DNA of 64,000 nt from an uncultured delta proteobacterium (GCA_963743305.1 CAVUPH010000007.1:224001-288000), one strand, 5' to 3'. Shown: positions 30,919 through 44,245, numbered from the stretch's first letter. Notes: a model not told the origin generated them from the letters alone. A program made the numbers and translations.

Positions 30919-32676
30919 ATGGACGGAAAAGAGACTCCTTCCGGGGTGACGGACGATTTGCGACGGCGGGCGGAGGAGGTTGCCCGGGGCGGAGGATCAC
31001 GGACGCCGGATAACCTGGAGTCCCTGTCACCCGAGGCGACGCAGCGGCTGGTCCACGAACTGCGGGTGCATCAGGTCGAACTGGAGATCCAGAACGAGGA
31101 ATTGCGCCGGACCCAGGAGCAACTGGAAGGCTCTCGGGCGAGATATTTCGACCTGTACGATCTGGCTCCGGTGGGGTATGTCACCCTCAGCCAAGAGGGG
31201 ATGATCCTGGAGGCCAATCTTACGTTTGCCGCTCTGCTGGGGGTGATCCGAGGCGTTTTGGTCAAACAGCCGTTGACCCGCTTCATCGTTCGCGAGGACC
31301 AGGATATCCACTATCTGCACCGCAAGCAACTTCTGGAGACGGGTGCCTCCCAGCCTTACGAGCTGCGGATGCTCCGCCAGGGGCGCCCCCCCTTCTGGGC
31401 GCGGGCGGAGGCGACCACCGCTCTCGACGATGAGGGGACGACGATCTGTCGGGTCGTGGTGAGCGACATTACCGAGCACAAACGCACGGATGCCAGGAAG
31501 AGCGAAATCGAGGACCAGTCCCGGCAAACCCAGAAAGCCCAAAGTCTAGGCCGTATGGCCGGGGCCATCGCCCATCATTTCAATAACCAGCTCCAGGCCG
31601 TGATGGGAAACCTGGAGTTGGCCCTTTGGGATTTACCGCCGGATAAAGGACCGGTTAAAAACCTGCAGGCCGCCATGGAAGCGGCCAACCACGCGACGGA
31701 AGTCACCAAAGTGCTGCTGACCTACCTGGGGCAAACACCCGGTGAACGTGAGCCGCTGGATATTTCCGAGATCTGCCGTCGGAGCCTGATCATGCTCCGG
31801 GCGGCCATGCCGAAAGACATGCTTCTGACGATCGATTTTCCCTTCCCCGGTCCGGTCATCCGCGCGAACGCCAACCAAGTGCAGCAGGTCCTGACCAACC
31901 TGGTCACCAATGCCTGGGAAGCCGCCCAAGGCGGCCGGGCCGCCATTCGCCTTGCCATCAAAACGGTTTCCCCGGCGGCTATCCCCGAAGCAAACCGTTT
32001 TCCCATCGGTTGGCAGCCGGAGGATCGGTCCTATGCCTGCCTGGAAGTGGCGGACACCTGCTGCGGAATCGCGGAACAGGAAATCGAGAATATTTTCGAT
32101 CCTTTTTTCTCCACCAAATTCACCGGCCGGGGTCTGGGCCTGCCCGTGGTCCTGGGGATTGTCCGGGCGCACCGGGGGGCCGTGGTGGTGGAGAGCGAAC
32201 CGGGTCGGAGGAGCACTTTCCAGGTCTTTTTACCGTTGTCCGTCCAAAAGGCTCCCCGCCTGCCGGAGCAGGCGGGTCAGGCCTTCGAGATGGTTAGGGG
32301 CGGTACCATGTTGCTGGTTGAAGACGAGGAAATGGTGCGTGAATTGACGGCCGATATGCTCACCCGCCTCGGTTTTACGGTGCTCGAAGCGAAAGACGGC
32401 GTCGAGGCGGTGGAGATTTTTCGAGGGCACCAGGATGAAATCCGTTGCGTCTTGTGCAACCTGACCATCCCCCGCCTGGACGGTTGGGCGACCATGGCGG
32501 CCTTGCGTGAACTCAAGCCAGACCTTCCGATAATTCTGGCCAGCGGATACGATGAGTCCGAGGTGATGACCGGGGACCATTCCGAATGGCCCCAGGTGTA
32601 CCTGAGCAAACCCTTCGAATTTAAGGGGCTTCGCACTGCGGTCTCCCAAGCGCTGAAAACCAAGGGGGGAAGCTGA
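30919..32676 (+). CDS. Hybrid sensor kinase (coiled coil-PAS-HisKA-HATPase-REC, atypical receiver)
   Basis: HELRVHQVELEIQNEEL, GRMAGAIAHHFNNQL, FDPFFSTKFTGRGLGL; the receiver has CN where the phosphoacceptor D is expected; GGAGG RBS before ATG 30919. Confidence 0.88.
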   Translation: MDGKETPSGVTDDLRRRAEEVARGGGSRTPDNLESLSPEATQRLVHELRVHQVELEIQNEELRRTQEQLEGSRARYFDLYDLAPVGYVTLSQEGMILEANLTFAALLGVIRGVLVKQPLTRFIVREDQDIHYLHRKQLLETGASQPYELRMLRQGRPPFWARAEATTALDDEGTTICRVVVSDITEHKRTDARKSEIEDQSRQTQKAQSLGRMAGAIAHHFNNQLQAVMGNLELALWDLPPDKGPVKNLQAAMEAANHATEVTKVLLTYLGQTPGEREPLDISEICRRSLIMLRAAMPKDMLLTIDFPFPGPVIRANANQVQQVLTNLVTNAWEAAQGGRAAIRLAIKTVSPAAIPEANRFPIGWQPEDRSYACLEVADTCCGIAEQEIENIFDPFFSTKFTGRGLGLPVVLGIVRAHRGAVVVESEPGRRSTFQVFLPLSVQKAPRLPEQAGQAFEMVRGGTMLLVEDEEMVRELTADMLTRLGFTVLEAKDGVEAVEIFRGHQDEIRCVLCNLTIPRLDGWATMAALRELKPDLPIILASGYDESEVMTGDHSEWPQVYLSKPFEFKGLRTAVSQALKTKGGS

Positions 32677-32705
32677 ATATCCAATAGCCAACAAGGAATT
32701 TTCCA

Positions 32706-34047
32706 ATGAACAAGCCACGCCAGGACAGCGAATCCCCGATTCCGCGGACTACGGATCTTCGCCGGCAAGCCGAGGAGATCGTCCGCGGAAATCAATCCCG
32801 ATCACCCGAGAACCTTGACGGCCTGTTGTCTGAGGAATTGCGGCAGACGCTCCATGAACTGCGGGTGCATCAGATTGAGCTGGAGATGCAGAACGAGGAG
32901 TTGCGCCGGACCCAAGAGGAACTGGAGGCTTCGCGGGCGTGCTATTTCGAGCTGTACGAACTGGCCCCGGTGGGGTATGTCACCCTCAGCGAACAGGGGC
33001 TGATCCTGGAGGCCAATCTTACGATCGTTGGTCTGTTGGGAGTGCACCAGGGACGGTCTGGTCAAACAACCCTTGACCCGCTTCATCGTTCGCCAGGACC
33101 AGGATATTCACTACCGGCACCGGAAGCAGCTTTTGGAAACGGGTGCGCCCCAGGTCTACGAGGTCAGGATGTCGCGAAAGGGAACCGCCCCCTTTTGGGC
33201 GCGCTTGCAGGCCGTTGCCGCCCAAGACGCTGAAGGGGTTCCCCTCTGCCGCGTCGCGGTAAGCGACATTACCCGACGCATCCGTGCCGAGGAGGCGGAA
33301 AGGCGCGCTGCGGAGGAACTGCAAAAATCTCATCAGATACTGGAAAAGAGGGTCGAGGATCGAACGGTCGAAGTCAGGTCCCTGGCCTCGCGCTTCCTGG
33401 CAGCCCAGGAGGAAGAAAGAAAAAGGATAGCCGGAGACCTTCATGACGGCCTCGGGGGATTGCTGAGCGCCATCAAGTATAAATTTGAGGCGGCCCAAGG
33501 GCCCCAAGAAGTAAAAGAAGTGATCCCCCTGCTGCAGCAGGCCATTGACGACTGCCGGCGAATCCAAAAGAATTTGAGGCCGTTTATGCTGGATGACCTC
33601 GGCCTGTTGGCTACCCTGAGCTGGCTGACCCGCGAGTTCCAAAAAAGGAGTCCCGGCCTAAAGGTCGGGAAGAAATTTGACGTCGAAGAGGGCGCGATTC
33701 CTCAATCCTTGAAAACGGTGATTTTTCGGACTACCCAGGAGGCCTTGAATAATATCTCCAAGCACAGCCGGACCGATCGGGTGCAGCTCGCCCTGCGGCT
33801 TGCCAAGGGGACTTTGCAGTTGGTTGTTCGCGATTACGGTCAGGGGTTCGAGGTCAGAGAGGCATTGGCTAAAAGGGGGGTCGATCGGGGACTCGGCCTG
33901 GCCAGTATGCGGGAACGGGTTGAATGGTCCGGGGGCAGCTTCTCGATCCAATCCGTGCTCGGAAAGGGGACGATGGTGCAGGCCTCCTGGCCGGTAGGTG
34001 TGGCCGAGCCCGGACTCGTGTCCGGCAAAAAGGTTAAGGTAAGGTGA
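32706..34047 (+). CDS. Coiled coil-PAS-HisKA_3 (NarX-like) kinase, +1 frameshift near 33045
   Basis: [17 protein letters not shown] in the first frame; QEEERKRIAGDLHD, QEALNNISKHS, DYGQGF, GLGLASMRER in the second. Confidence 0.85.
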
Positions 34048-34498
34048 ATATCCAATATCCAACAAGGAATTTCCAAGGATGAAGGGAACGATATTTGATC
34101 TACAGGACCGGCTTATTGATTTTGCGGTAAGAATTATAAGACTTTCCGAAGTGATTCCGGAAAGCAAAGCCGGCAAACATATCGGTACGCAACTGTTGAG
34201 AAGCGGCACATCACCGGCCCCAAACTATGGAGAGGCGCAAAGTGCTGAATCAAAAGCTGATTTCATCCACAAGCTCAAAATTGCGCTGAAAGAACTGCGT
34301 GAAACCGAGATTTGGCTGAAGATCATCATCCGGGCGGAATTAGTCAAACCTTCGAGACCAACTCGCCCCATTGCTAAAGGAGACGGATGAGCTGATCTCA
34401 ATATTGTTTAAGAGTGTGGAGACGGCTAAAAAAAACAAGGAGCGAAAATGAATCCACTACTTGGACGTTGGATATTCCTTGTTGGATATTGGATATTC
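34046..34498 (+). mobile_element. Four-helix-bundle cassette bounded by 31-bp heptamer-periodic inverted arms
   Basis: Arms 34046-34076 and 34468-34498 are 30/31 complementary; mobility inferred only from dispersed derivatives. Confidence 0.65.
34079..34451 (+). CDS. Four helix bundle protein (23S rRNA IVS-protein family), +1 frameshift near 34355
   Basis: DLQDRLIDFA, QLLRSGTSPAPNYGEAQSAESKADFIHKLKIALKELRETEIWL; C-terminal LLKETDELISILFKSVETAKKN in the next frame. Confidence 0.88.
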
Positions 34499-34528
34499 GA
34501 AAGGATAATAGGCTAAGGAGGTACCCGG

Positions 34529-37500
34529 ATGGCCGTAACGAAAAAAGCTGAGGCCAAGGAAAAGAAAAAGGAGGTCCAGCGTAGGCCGGCCAAGGGAAAG
34601 CCGGCTCCCCCATTGAACCTGGAACCGGAGAAGGGCTTTCCCGTCGTCGGCATCGGCGCCTCCGCCGGAGGGCTGGCCGCCTTTGAGGCCTTCTTCTCCG
34701 CCATGCCCGCCGACGTCGATCCCGGCATGGCCTTTGTCCTGGTGCAACACCTGGCCCCGGACCACAAGAGCATACTCACCGACCTGATTAAACGCTATAC
34801 CCGGATGCAGGTCTATGAGGTCGAAGACGGGATGGAAGTCCGACCCAACTGCGCCTACATCATACCGCCCAACCGGGATATGGCCTTTCTGCACGGTCGA
34901 CTCTATCTGAGCGAGCCGCTGAAGGCCCGGGGCCTGCGTTTGCCCATCGATTTTTTCTTCCGCTCCCTGGCCCAGGACCAGCACGAGCGGGCTATCTGCA
35001 TCGTACTCTCCGGCACCGGCAGCGACGGCACACTGGGCGTGCGGGCGATCAAGGGTGAGGGCGGCATGGTCATGGTGCAGAACCCCGAATCCACGCCCTA
35101 CGACGGCATGCCGCGCAGCGCCATTGCCACCGGCCTGGTGGACTTTGTTCTGCCGTCGGCGGAGATGCCCGCCCATCTCCTGGCCTATGTGGGACGGGTC
35201 TTCGGCCAGCCTTTTCGGCCGGTAACTGCCCCGGAACCCAAGGCCGAGAGCACGCTGAAGAAGATTTTCATCCTCTTGCGCGCCCAGACCGGTCACGATT
35301 TTTCCCTTTACAAGCCGAATACCATCAACCGCCGGATCGAAAGGCGCATGGCCGTTCACCAGATCGAAAAGATGAGCGATTATCTGCGCTATCTGCAACA
35401 GAATTCAGCGGAGGTGGTGGGGCTTTTTCGCGATCTTTTAATCGGGGTAACCAATTTTTTCCGTGACCCGGAAGCCTTTACGACGCTGGAACAGCAAATC
35501 ATCCCCCGGCTTTTTTCCGGTAAACCCGCGGGCGCCCTGATTCGCGTCTGGGTACCCGGATGCTCTACCGGCGAGGAGGCCTATTCTCTCGGGATTCTCC
35601 TTCAGGAGTACCAGGAAACGCTCAAGCAAAGGTTCAAACTCCAGGTCTTCGCCACCGACATTGACGGCCAGGCTATTGGTACGGCCCGCGCCGGCCTCTA
35701 TCCCGCCAGCATCGCCTCCGACGTCACCCCGGAACGGCTGGCCCGGTTTTTCGTCCAGGAATCCGATAGCAGCGCCTACCGGGTTCACAAAGGCATCCGC
35801 GACCTGATGATTTTTTCCGAGCAGGACGTGATCAAAGATCCGCCCTTCTCTAGACTCGATCTGATCAGTTGCCGCAATCTCTTGATCTATATGAGTGGGG
35901 AACTGCAGCAGAAAATTATTCCGCTGTTTCACTATGCGTTGAATCCGGGCGGGTTTCTCTTCCTGGGCACTTCCGAGACCGTAGGGGAATACGCGAACCT
36001 TTTTGCCGCGCTGGATCGTAAATGGAAGCTGTATCAACGCCGGGAGGAATTCTCCGGCCTCCACCGTCCGGATATGAGCCGATTTCTCCCGGCCCATTTA
36101 GAGGCAGGCCTTATCCCCCGGGCCGCGGGAAAGGCTTTGGGGGACCATAAGGAGCCTCTGCGGAAATTGACCGAACGCGTGCTGCTGCAGCAATACGCCC
36201 CGGTGGGAGCGCTGGTCAACGAGCGTGGCGACATTCTTTACCTTCACGGCCGCACCGGCCGGTACCTGGAACCAGCCCCGGGCGAGGCCGGGATTAACAA
36301 TATTTTGAAAATGGCCCGCGAAGGACTGCGGCGCGAACTAACCACCGCCCTGCATCAAGCCGCAGCGGGTCTCGAAATCGTGCGCTGCGCGGACCTGCGC
36401 GTCAAAACCAACGGGGAGGTCACCAGGGTCCAGGTAACGGTTCGGCCGGTGCCCGTGACCCCGAACATCGTCTTGTCGGCCGGGCCGGAAAAGCCCGGCG
36501 CCGGTCCGAACCTGTTTCTGATTATTTTCGAGGAACCGCCGGAAAGGGTCAGCGAGGGGCCTGAAAAGCCCGGTCCCGCAGCCGCCGGACCGGTTGCGCC
36601 CGAGAACGCCCCGGACACGGACGCGCGAATCGCGGCCTTGAAGCAGGAGCTGCAGGCCAAGGAGGAATACCTTCAGTCCACCAATGAGGAACTGGAGACT
36701 TCCAATGAAGAGCTCAAATCGACCAACGAGGAGATGCAGTCCGTCAACGAGGAACTGCAATCCACCAACGAGGAGCTGGAGACCTCCAAGGAAGAGCTGC
36801 AATCGGTCAACGAAGAGCTGGCTACCGTCAACGCCGAGCTGCAGACCAAGGTGGTGGACCTATCGCGGGCCAACAACGATATGAACAACCTGCTGGCCGG
36901 CACGGGCATCGGGACTATCTTCGTCGACCATCAACTGCGCATCCTCAGTTTTACCCCCGCCGTAACCCAGGTGATCAACCTGATCCTGACCGACGTGGGT
37001 CGTCCGGTGGGACATATCGTCTCCAACCTGACGGGCTACGACCATCTGGTGGCGGACGTGCAGTCCGTGCTGGATACCCTGGTGCCCAAAGAGGTCGAAG
37101 TGCAGACTCGGACGGGCGACTGGTTTCAGTTGCATATCCGGCCCTATCGTACGCTGGAAAACGTGATCGAGGGGGCGGTGATCACCTTTACCGGAATTAC
37201 CCTATTGAAAAGGGCGGAGGCCGCTCTGCGGGATTCCGAGGCCCTGCGCCGCCTGGCCGTGGTGGTCCGCGACTCCCAGGAGGCCATCACCGTGCAGGAT
37301 TTTGACGGCCGCATTCTGGCCTGGAACCCGGCGGCGGAAAGGATGTACGGTTGGAGCGAGGCGGAAGCCCTGACTATGAATGTCGGAGCCCTGGTCCCCA
37401 AGGGGCGGCGCAAGGAAGCGCTGGGCCATTTGCGGCAGCTTAGCGGAGCTGAGGGGCCTGGGCCTATTCGCGCGGAGCGTTTGACCAAAGACGGCCAAAT

Positions 37501-37588
37501 AATAGCCGTCTGGCTGACGGCCACCGCCCTGGTCAATGACTCCGGGGTGCCCTACGCCGTATCGACCACGGAAAGAAAGATCCGTTAG
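34529..37588 (+). CDS. CheB-CheR fusion with coiled coil and two PAS domains, no output domain
   Basis: CheB GASAGG/VQH/SGTGSDG; Che[30 protein letters not shown]; repeated (S/T)NEEL heptads; PAS ([13 protein letters not shown]). Confidence 0.93.
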   Translation: MAVTKKAEAKEKKKEVQRRPAKGKPAPPLNLEPEKGFPVVGIGASAGGLAAFEAFFSAMPADVDPGMAFVLVQHLAPDHKSILTDLIKRYTRMQVYEVEDGMEVRPNCAYIIPPNRDMAFLHGRLYLSEPLKARGLRLPIDFFFRSLAQDQHERAICIVLSGTGSDGTLGVRAIKGEGGMVMVQNPESTPYDGMPRSAIATGLVDFVLPSAEMPAHLLAYVGRVFGQPFRPVTAPEPKAESTLKKIFILLRAQTGHDFSLYKPNTINRRIERRMAVHQIEKMSDYLRYLQQNSAEVVGLFRDLLIGVTNFFRDPEAFTTLEQQIIPRLFSGKPAGALIRVWVPGCSTGEEAYSLGILLQEYQETLKQRFKLQVFATDIDGQAIGTARAGLYPASIASDVTPERLARFFVQESDSSAYRVHKGIRDLMIFSEQDVIKDPPFSRLDLISCRNLLIYMSGELQQKIIPLFHYALNPGGFLFLGTSETVGEYANLFAALDRKWKLYQRREEFSGLHRPDMSRFLPAHLEAGLIPRAAGKALGDHKEPLRKLTERVLLQQYAPVGALVNERGDILYLHGRTGRYLEPAPGEAGINNILKMAREGLRRELTTALHQAAAGLEIVRCADLRVKTNGEVTRVQVTVRPVPVTPNIVLSAGPEKPGAGPNLFLIIFEEPPERVSEGPEKPGPAAAGPVAPENAPDTDARIAALKQELQAKEEYLQSTNEELETSNEELKSTNEEMQSVNEELQSTNEELETSKEELQSVNEELATVNAELQTKVVDLSRANNDMNNLLAGTGIGTIFVDHQLRILSFTPAVTQVINLILTDVGRPVGHIVSNLTGYDHLVADVQSVLDTLVPKEVEVQTRTGDWFQLHIRPYRTLENVIEGAVITFTGITLLKRAEAALRDSEALRRLAVVVRDSQEAITVQDFDGRILAWNPAAERMYGWSEAEALTMNVGALVPKGRRKEALGHLRQLSGAEGPGPIRAERLTKDGQIIAVWLTATALVNDSGVPYAVSTTERKIR

Positions 37589-37589
37589 T

Positions 37590-38344
37590 GAAAGGGGTCT
37601 GATCCTGGAGGCCAATCTCACGGTGGCCAAACTCTTGGGTCAGGCCAGAAGCCGACTGTTCAAACAGCCCTTGACCCGTTTTATCCTTCCCGAAGACCAG
37701 GACATCTATTACCGGCACCGCAAGCTTCTTTGGGAAAAGGGTGCGCGTCAAGTGTGCGAGATGAGAATGCTGAAAACGGACGGCAGCGAATTCTGGGTGC
37801 GCCTGGATGCGGAAGCCGCTCGGGACGCTGACGGATCGTATTTTTGCCGTGCCGCCTTGATCGACATTACCCTGAGCAACCGGACGGAGCGGGCCCTCCT
37901 GAGAAGCGAGTCCAACGCCGGAGTGGGGACCGTCACCATCGAGATGGCTAACGTTACCCTGGATGAGCGCTATGCCCGGTGCTATCCCGATGTCACCCCC
38001 GGGGATTACGTGCTCCTGACCGTGAGCGATTCAGGCTGCGGTAGGGACGGGGAGACGCTGGAGCGGATCTTCGAACCCTTTTTCACCACCAAGGCCGAAG
38101 GGCAGGGGACCGGGCTGGGACTGTCCACCTGCTGACCGATGTGATCATGCCCCACATGACCGGCCCGGAACTGAAAGCGCGGGTGGAGGCGCTTCATCCG
38201 GGGATCAAGACGGTGTTCATGTCCGGCTACACGGCCGACGTGATCGCCCAACGGGGACTTCTGGATAAAGGGTTGGCCTTTATTCAAAAACCTTACACCG
38301 TCCAGGATCTAGCCGGGATGGTGCGGAAGGCGTTGGATGGGTAG
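37590..38344 (+). pseudogene. Multiply deleted paralogous copy of the 26738-30220 kinase
   Basis: Four collinear pieces matching 27657-27936, ~28301-28350, 29497-29709 and 30005-30220. Confidence 0.85.
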
Positions 38345-38414
38345 GCATGAAACGTTCGGCGTTGGGCGTTCGGCGATCGGCGTGGGAAGGAAGAGTTCAG
38401 GGGGAAAGGGAGTC

Positions 38415-38560
38415 GAATATCCAATATCCAACAAGGAATTGCCAATGATGAAGGAAAGAATTGTTGATCTACAGGTCCGGAGCGATGATTTCATGGAGGA
38501 TGCCAGGAAAAACAAAGCCCGAGGGTGAACCACTATTTGGGTCTTGGATATTGGATATTC
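38415..38560 (+). mobile_element. Deleted four-helix-bundle cassette, duplicate of 30292-30451
   Basis: Same left arm and interior; right arm 14 nt (two heptamers) shorter. Confidence 0.7.
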
Positions 38561-38585
38561 AAAGGATCATAGTGCCGGGAGAAGA

Positions 38586-38700
38586 AGTGTGTGAGTGTGT
38601 GGGGGTGTGAGTATGTGGGAAAGGAAAAGCCTTGGTTACTCACATACTCACACACTCAAATACTGTTTTCATAGGCCCACATACGCACCTACTCACGCAC
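38586..38700. repeat. Octamer-periodic GT/CA inverted repeat
   Basis: agtgtgtgagtgtgtgggggtgtgagtatgtggg ... actcacatactcacacactc ... cccacatacgcacctactcacgcac. Confidence 0.7.
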
Positions 38701-38705
38701 AGTCT

Positions 38706-39065
38706 TTAACTGGGCATTTGTCCCAAGAGTTGACGGACGGTAAAGATGAAATCCCCGGGCTTTTGAACCCGGATAGAATTGGATTTTGGAAAATAGTGCC
38801 GGGTATTAAAGGATATCAGGTAGGAACAATTTTCTTGAATAGCCGCGACGAGTAAGGGGAGGTCTTTGGGGTCAGCCTCAGAGGAATGGGCGCGCAGGTC
38901 GCCGGGCGTCGGGTCGGAAATCACCCTCAAACACCGACTGACCAGCAGCCGAAACTCCGTGAGCTTAGCAGGGATTTTTTTCTCCAGGTTTCTTTCCACT
39001 TCCGTTATGGCTTGCTGGGAAGTGACGCAATCCAACAAAGTCAATTCTCCCATCCTCAGCAGCAT
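38706..39065 (-). pseudogene. PIN-domain protein fragment (N-terminal acidic motif missing)
   Basis: EVERNL, DPKDLPLLVAA, LISFNTRHY. Confidence 0.65.
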
Positions 39066-39149
39066 ATACCTCTTTTCCTGAAAATCTGTTTAATCAGTTT
39101 TACTGATTCTATGGCTAAGGGATAAGGGAATGGCATATTATTGCATTGA

Positions 39150-41183
<2,034 letters not shown>

Positions 41184-41262
41184 AGAAGAGGGAGAGAGGG
41201 AAAGAGGGGAGAAAAAAACATAGTTCAACTTTCGTTGAATTGCCCAAAAACAAAAAAAAATC

Positions 41263-41359
41263 GAATACCCAATATCCAACAAGGAATATCCAATGATGAA
41301 GGAAAAAGCCTTCAACTTGCTGGCCTGTAGCAAATAGGGAAAGCAAAGCCGGCAAACAT
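41263..41359 (+). mobile_element. Remnant of the four-helix-bundle cassette (left arm plus internal fragment)
   Basis: gaatacccaatatccaacaaggaatatccaatgatgaagg, then 22 nt (41338-41359) identical to 34159-34180. Confidence 0.7.
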
Positions 41360-41403
41360 GATGTTTGCAAAATAAGTCCCCTTTCGTAATAAGGAGCGCG
41401 CTT

Positions 41404-41685
41404 ATGGGAAAGATATCGGCCCAGGTAGTCGTTCACGGCTGGGTGCAGGGGGTCTATTTCCGGGCCTCTGTCCGGGATCAGGCCAGGGCGCTGGGATTGG
41501 CGGGGTGGGTCATGAACCGGCGGGATGGAACGGTGGAGGCCTTTCTGGAAGGAGAAAAACCGAAGATTGAACAAATGGTCGCTTGGTGCCGGCAGGGCCC
41601 CCCATCGGCCCGGGTCGATCGGGTTGAGGTTCGGTACGGAGAATTTCACGGTGAAGGGGAGGGCTTTGAGGTCCGTTATCGATGA
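41404..41685 (+). CDS. acyP: Acylphosphatase
   Basis: VHGWVQGVYFR, GWVMNRRDGTVE, GPPSARV. Confidence 0.93.
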   Translation: MGKISAQVVVHGWVQGVYFRASVRDQARALGLAGWVMNRRDGTVEAFLEGEKPKIEQMVAWCRQGPPSARVDRVEVRYGEFHGEGEGFEVRYR

Positions 41686-41696
41686 TTAAATAGTTA

Positions 41697-41725
41697 TTGA
41701 CTCCGGAGAAGCAATTTAGTAATAT
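41697..41725 (+). promoter_or_regulatory. Sigma70-type promoter of the thrS operon
   Basis: TTGACT-N17-TAATAT. Confidence 0.55.
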
Positions 41726-41767
41726 TACCGTTTATTTAATTTATTCTAGAATCTCCAAGGAAGCTAA

Positions 41768-43684
41768 GTGGAAGAAATTCAAATAGTTTTTCCTGATCAG
41801 GCCCAGCGTTCCTTTCCTGCCGGTACCACAGCGGTTCAGGCCCTGGCGGCCTGGCAAAAAAGCTCCTTGAAGGGGAGTGTGGCCGCCCGGTTAAATGGCC
41901 AGTTAATCGACCTGGCTCGTCCTTTGGCTTCAGGGGGGGAATTGACCCCGGTAGGGGAAAACACCCCGGAAGGTCTGGATATCCTGCGGCATTCCACTTC
42001 GCACCTGATGGCCCAGGCCGTAAAAGAACTTTTCCCAGAGGCCAAGCCGGCCATCGGTCCAGCTATTGAACAGGGATTTTATTACGATTTTGAAACGAAG
42101 ACCCCTTTTGTGCCCGAAGATCTGACTCGGATTGAAGAGCGGATGCAGGTCTTGAGCAAGTCCAGGATCCCGATTACCCGGGAAGAGATGCCTCGAGAGG
42201 AGGCCATCGCTTATTTTAAATTCCGAGATGAACCCTATAAGGTGGATTTGCTGGAGGGGCTGGAGGAGGCCCCGGTTTCCCTTTACCGGCAGGGAGATTT
42301 TGTGGATCTTTGCCGGGGGCCGCACCTGTCTTCGTCGGGGGATATCCGTTTTTTCAAATTAACCCAAGTGGCCGGGGCCTACTGGAGGGGGGATGAGCGG
42401 AATCCCATGCTCCAGCGGATTTACGGGACCGCCTTTTTCAATAAGAAGGAATTGGACGAACATCTTCACCGTCTGGAGGAAGCCAAGCGCCGGGACCACC
42501 GCCGCCTGGGGCGGGAATTGGACTTGTTCAGCATTCACGACGAAGTCGGACCGGGGCTGGTCATCTATCATCCCAAGGGGGCCTTGTTGCGGCACATTTT
42601 GGAGGACTTCGAGAAGAAAGAACATCTGAAGCGGGGCTATGAGCTGGTCGTTGGGCCCCAGATCCTCCGCACCGAGCTTTGGAAAAAATCCGGGCATTAT
42701 GAGAATTACCGGGATTTTATGTATTTTACCGAGATTGACGGGCAGTCCTACGGGATCAAACCCATGAACTGCCTGGCCCATATGATGATCTATAAGACCA
42801 AAGTCCGCAGTTACCGGGACCTGCCCAAACGCTATTTTGAACTGGGCACCGTTCACCGCCACGAAAAATCCGGGGTGCTGCACGGCCTGATGCGGGTGCG
42901 GCAGTTTACCCAGGATGACGCTCATATACTCTGCACCCCGGATCAGCTTCAGGATGAGATCCGAGGCGTGTTGAATTTTGTGGCCGAGGTGATGCAGATC
43001 TTCGGTTTTCCTTTTGAGGTGGAAGTCAGCACCCGACCGGAAAAATCCATCGGTTCCGATCTGGATTGGGAACGGGCCACCGAGGCCTTGACCCAGGCCT
43101 TGAAGGACAACGGCTTGGAATACTCGGTCTCGGCCGGGGAAGGGGCCTTTTACGGTCCCAAGATCGACATCAAGCTCAAAGACGCCCTGGATCGGCGCTG
43201 GCAGTGCGCCACTATTCAGTGCGATTTTACCCTCCCGGAGCGGTTTGACCTGGCCTACATCGGCCCCGATGGAGAACGGCATCGGCCGGTCATGTTGCAC
43301 CGGGTTATCCTGGGGGCCATTGAACGCTTCCTGGGGGTGTTGATAGAACATTACGGCGGGGCCTTCCCGGTCTGGCTGGCCCCGGTGCAGGCCGTCGTCC
43401 TTTCGGTCACCGACCGGTCCAGCGCATACAGCCGCGAGGTCCACCAGGAACTATTGAAAGCCGGGGTGCGCTCGGAGCTGGATAACCGCAACGAGAAATT
43501 GGGGCTTAAAGTCAGGGAGGCGCAGCTTCAGAAAATCCCTTACATGGTCGTGGTCGGCGACAAGGAAGCGGAAGAAAAGACGGTCAGTCCCCGGGCCCGA
43601 AGCGGCGAAAATTTGGGGGCCATGGATCCGGCGGCTTTTATTCGGAAAGTGCAAGCCGAATCCGTCCCGGGCTTTAAAGAGTAA
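41768..43684 (+). CDS. thrS: Threonine--tRNA ligase
   Basis: [45 protein letters not shown]. Confidence 0.98.
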   Translation: MEEIQIVFPDQAQRSFPAGTTAVQALAAWQKSSLKGSVAARLNGQLIDLARPLASGGELTPVGENTPEGLDILRHSTSHLMAQAVKELFPEAKPAIGPAIEQGFYYDFETKTPFVPEDLTRIEERMQVLSKSRIPITREEMPREEAIAYFKFRDEPYKVDLLEGLEEAPVSLYRQGDFVDLCRGPHLSSSGDIRFFKLTQVAGAYWRGDERNPMLQRIYGTAFFNKKELDEHLHRLEEAKRRDHRRLGRELDLFSIHDEVGPGLVIYHPKGALLRHILEDFEKKEHLKRGYELVVGPQILRTELWKKSGHYENYRDFMYFTEIDGQSYGIKPMNCLAHMMIYKTKVRSYRDLPKRYFELGTVHRHEKSGVLHGLMRVRQFTQDDAHILCTPDQLQDEIRGVLNFVAEVMQIFGFPFEVEVSTRPEKSIGSDLDWERATEALTQALKDNGLEYSVSAGEGAFYGPKIDIKLKDALDRRWQCATIQCDFTLPERFDLAYIGPDGERHRPVMLHRVILGAIERFLGVLIEHYGGAFPVWLAPVQAVVLSVTDRSSAYSREVHQELLKAGVRSELDNRNEKLGLKVREAQLQKIPYMVVVGDKEAEEKTVSPRARSGENLGAMDPAAFIRKVQAESVPGFKE

Positions 43685-43738
43685 TAGGCGTGATGGAGAT
43701 TCTTGTTTGGATTTATTAAATTATAAGGAGGTGGTTTT

Positions 43739-44245
43739 ATAAGCAAGTCTGCCAACGTAAACTCGGAGATCAGGGCGGCGAATGTCCGAGTCATCGCCGA
43801 GGATGGGAGCCAATTGGGGATCTTTTCCATAGCCCAGGCTTTAGCCCTGGCTAAGGAAGGGGCTTTGGATTTGGTAGAAGTGGCGCCGAATCTGGACCCG
43901 CCCGTATGTCGAATCATGGATTATGGCAAGTATCGGTACCAGCAGACCAAGAAAGTCCATGAAGCCAAAAAAAAGCGGACCATCATCCAAGTCAAAGAAG
44001 TCAAGATTCGACCGAAAACCGAGGAACACGATTATCAGTTCAAGCTGAGGAATATTCGCAAGTTTTTAACCAAGAAAAATAAAACCAAAGTTTTCCTTCT
44101 TTTCCGCGGCCGTGAACTCCAATATGTGGAGGCGGCCAAAAACGTGTTATTACGCATTGTCGAGGAAACGAAGGATTTGGCCGTGGTCGAGCAGAACCCC
44201 AAGCTGGAAGGCCGGAATATGACCATGGTCCTCAGCCCGAAGTAA
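43739..44245 (+). CDS. infC: Translation initiation factor IF-3 (ATA start)
   Basis: AAGGAGGT RBS then in-frame ATA AGC AAG..VNSEIRA; DLVEVAP, PPVCRIMDYGK. Confidence 0.95.
   Translation: MSKSANVNSEIRAANVRVIAEDGSQLGIFSIAQALALAKEGALDLVEVAPNLDPPVCRIMDYGKYRYQQTKKVHEAKKKRTIIQVKEVKIRPKTEEHDYQFKLRNIRKFLTKKNKTKVFLLFRGRELQYVEAAKNVLLRIVEETKDLAVVEQNPKLEGRNMTMVLSPK

Noticed and set aside
36670-36845. 21-nt periodic DNA repeats
   Set aside because: They encode the NEEL heptads of the CheBR coiled coil.
38129-38140. TGA after GLSTC as selenocysteine readthrough
   Set aside because: It is created by a deletion junction, and the downstream receiver fragment is in another frame.
26738-38603. Diversity-generating retroelement (Avd-like fold plus duplicated segments)
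   Set aside because: No reverse transcriptase; mismatches between duplicates are mostly third-position and not adenine-specific.
41690-41767. T-box leader before thrS
   Set aside because: Leader too short and no T-box motif.
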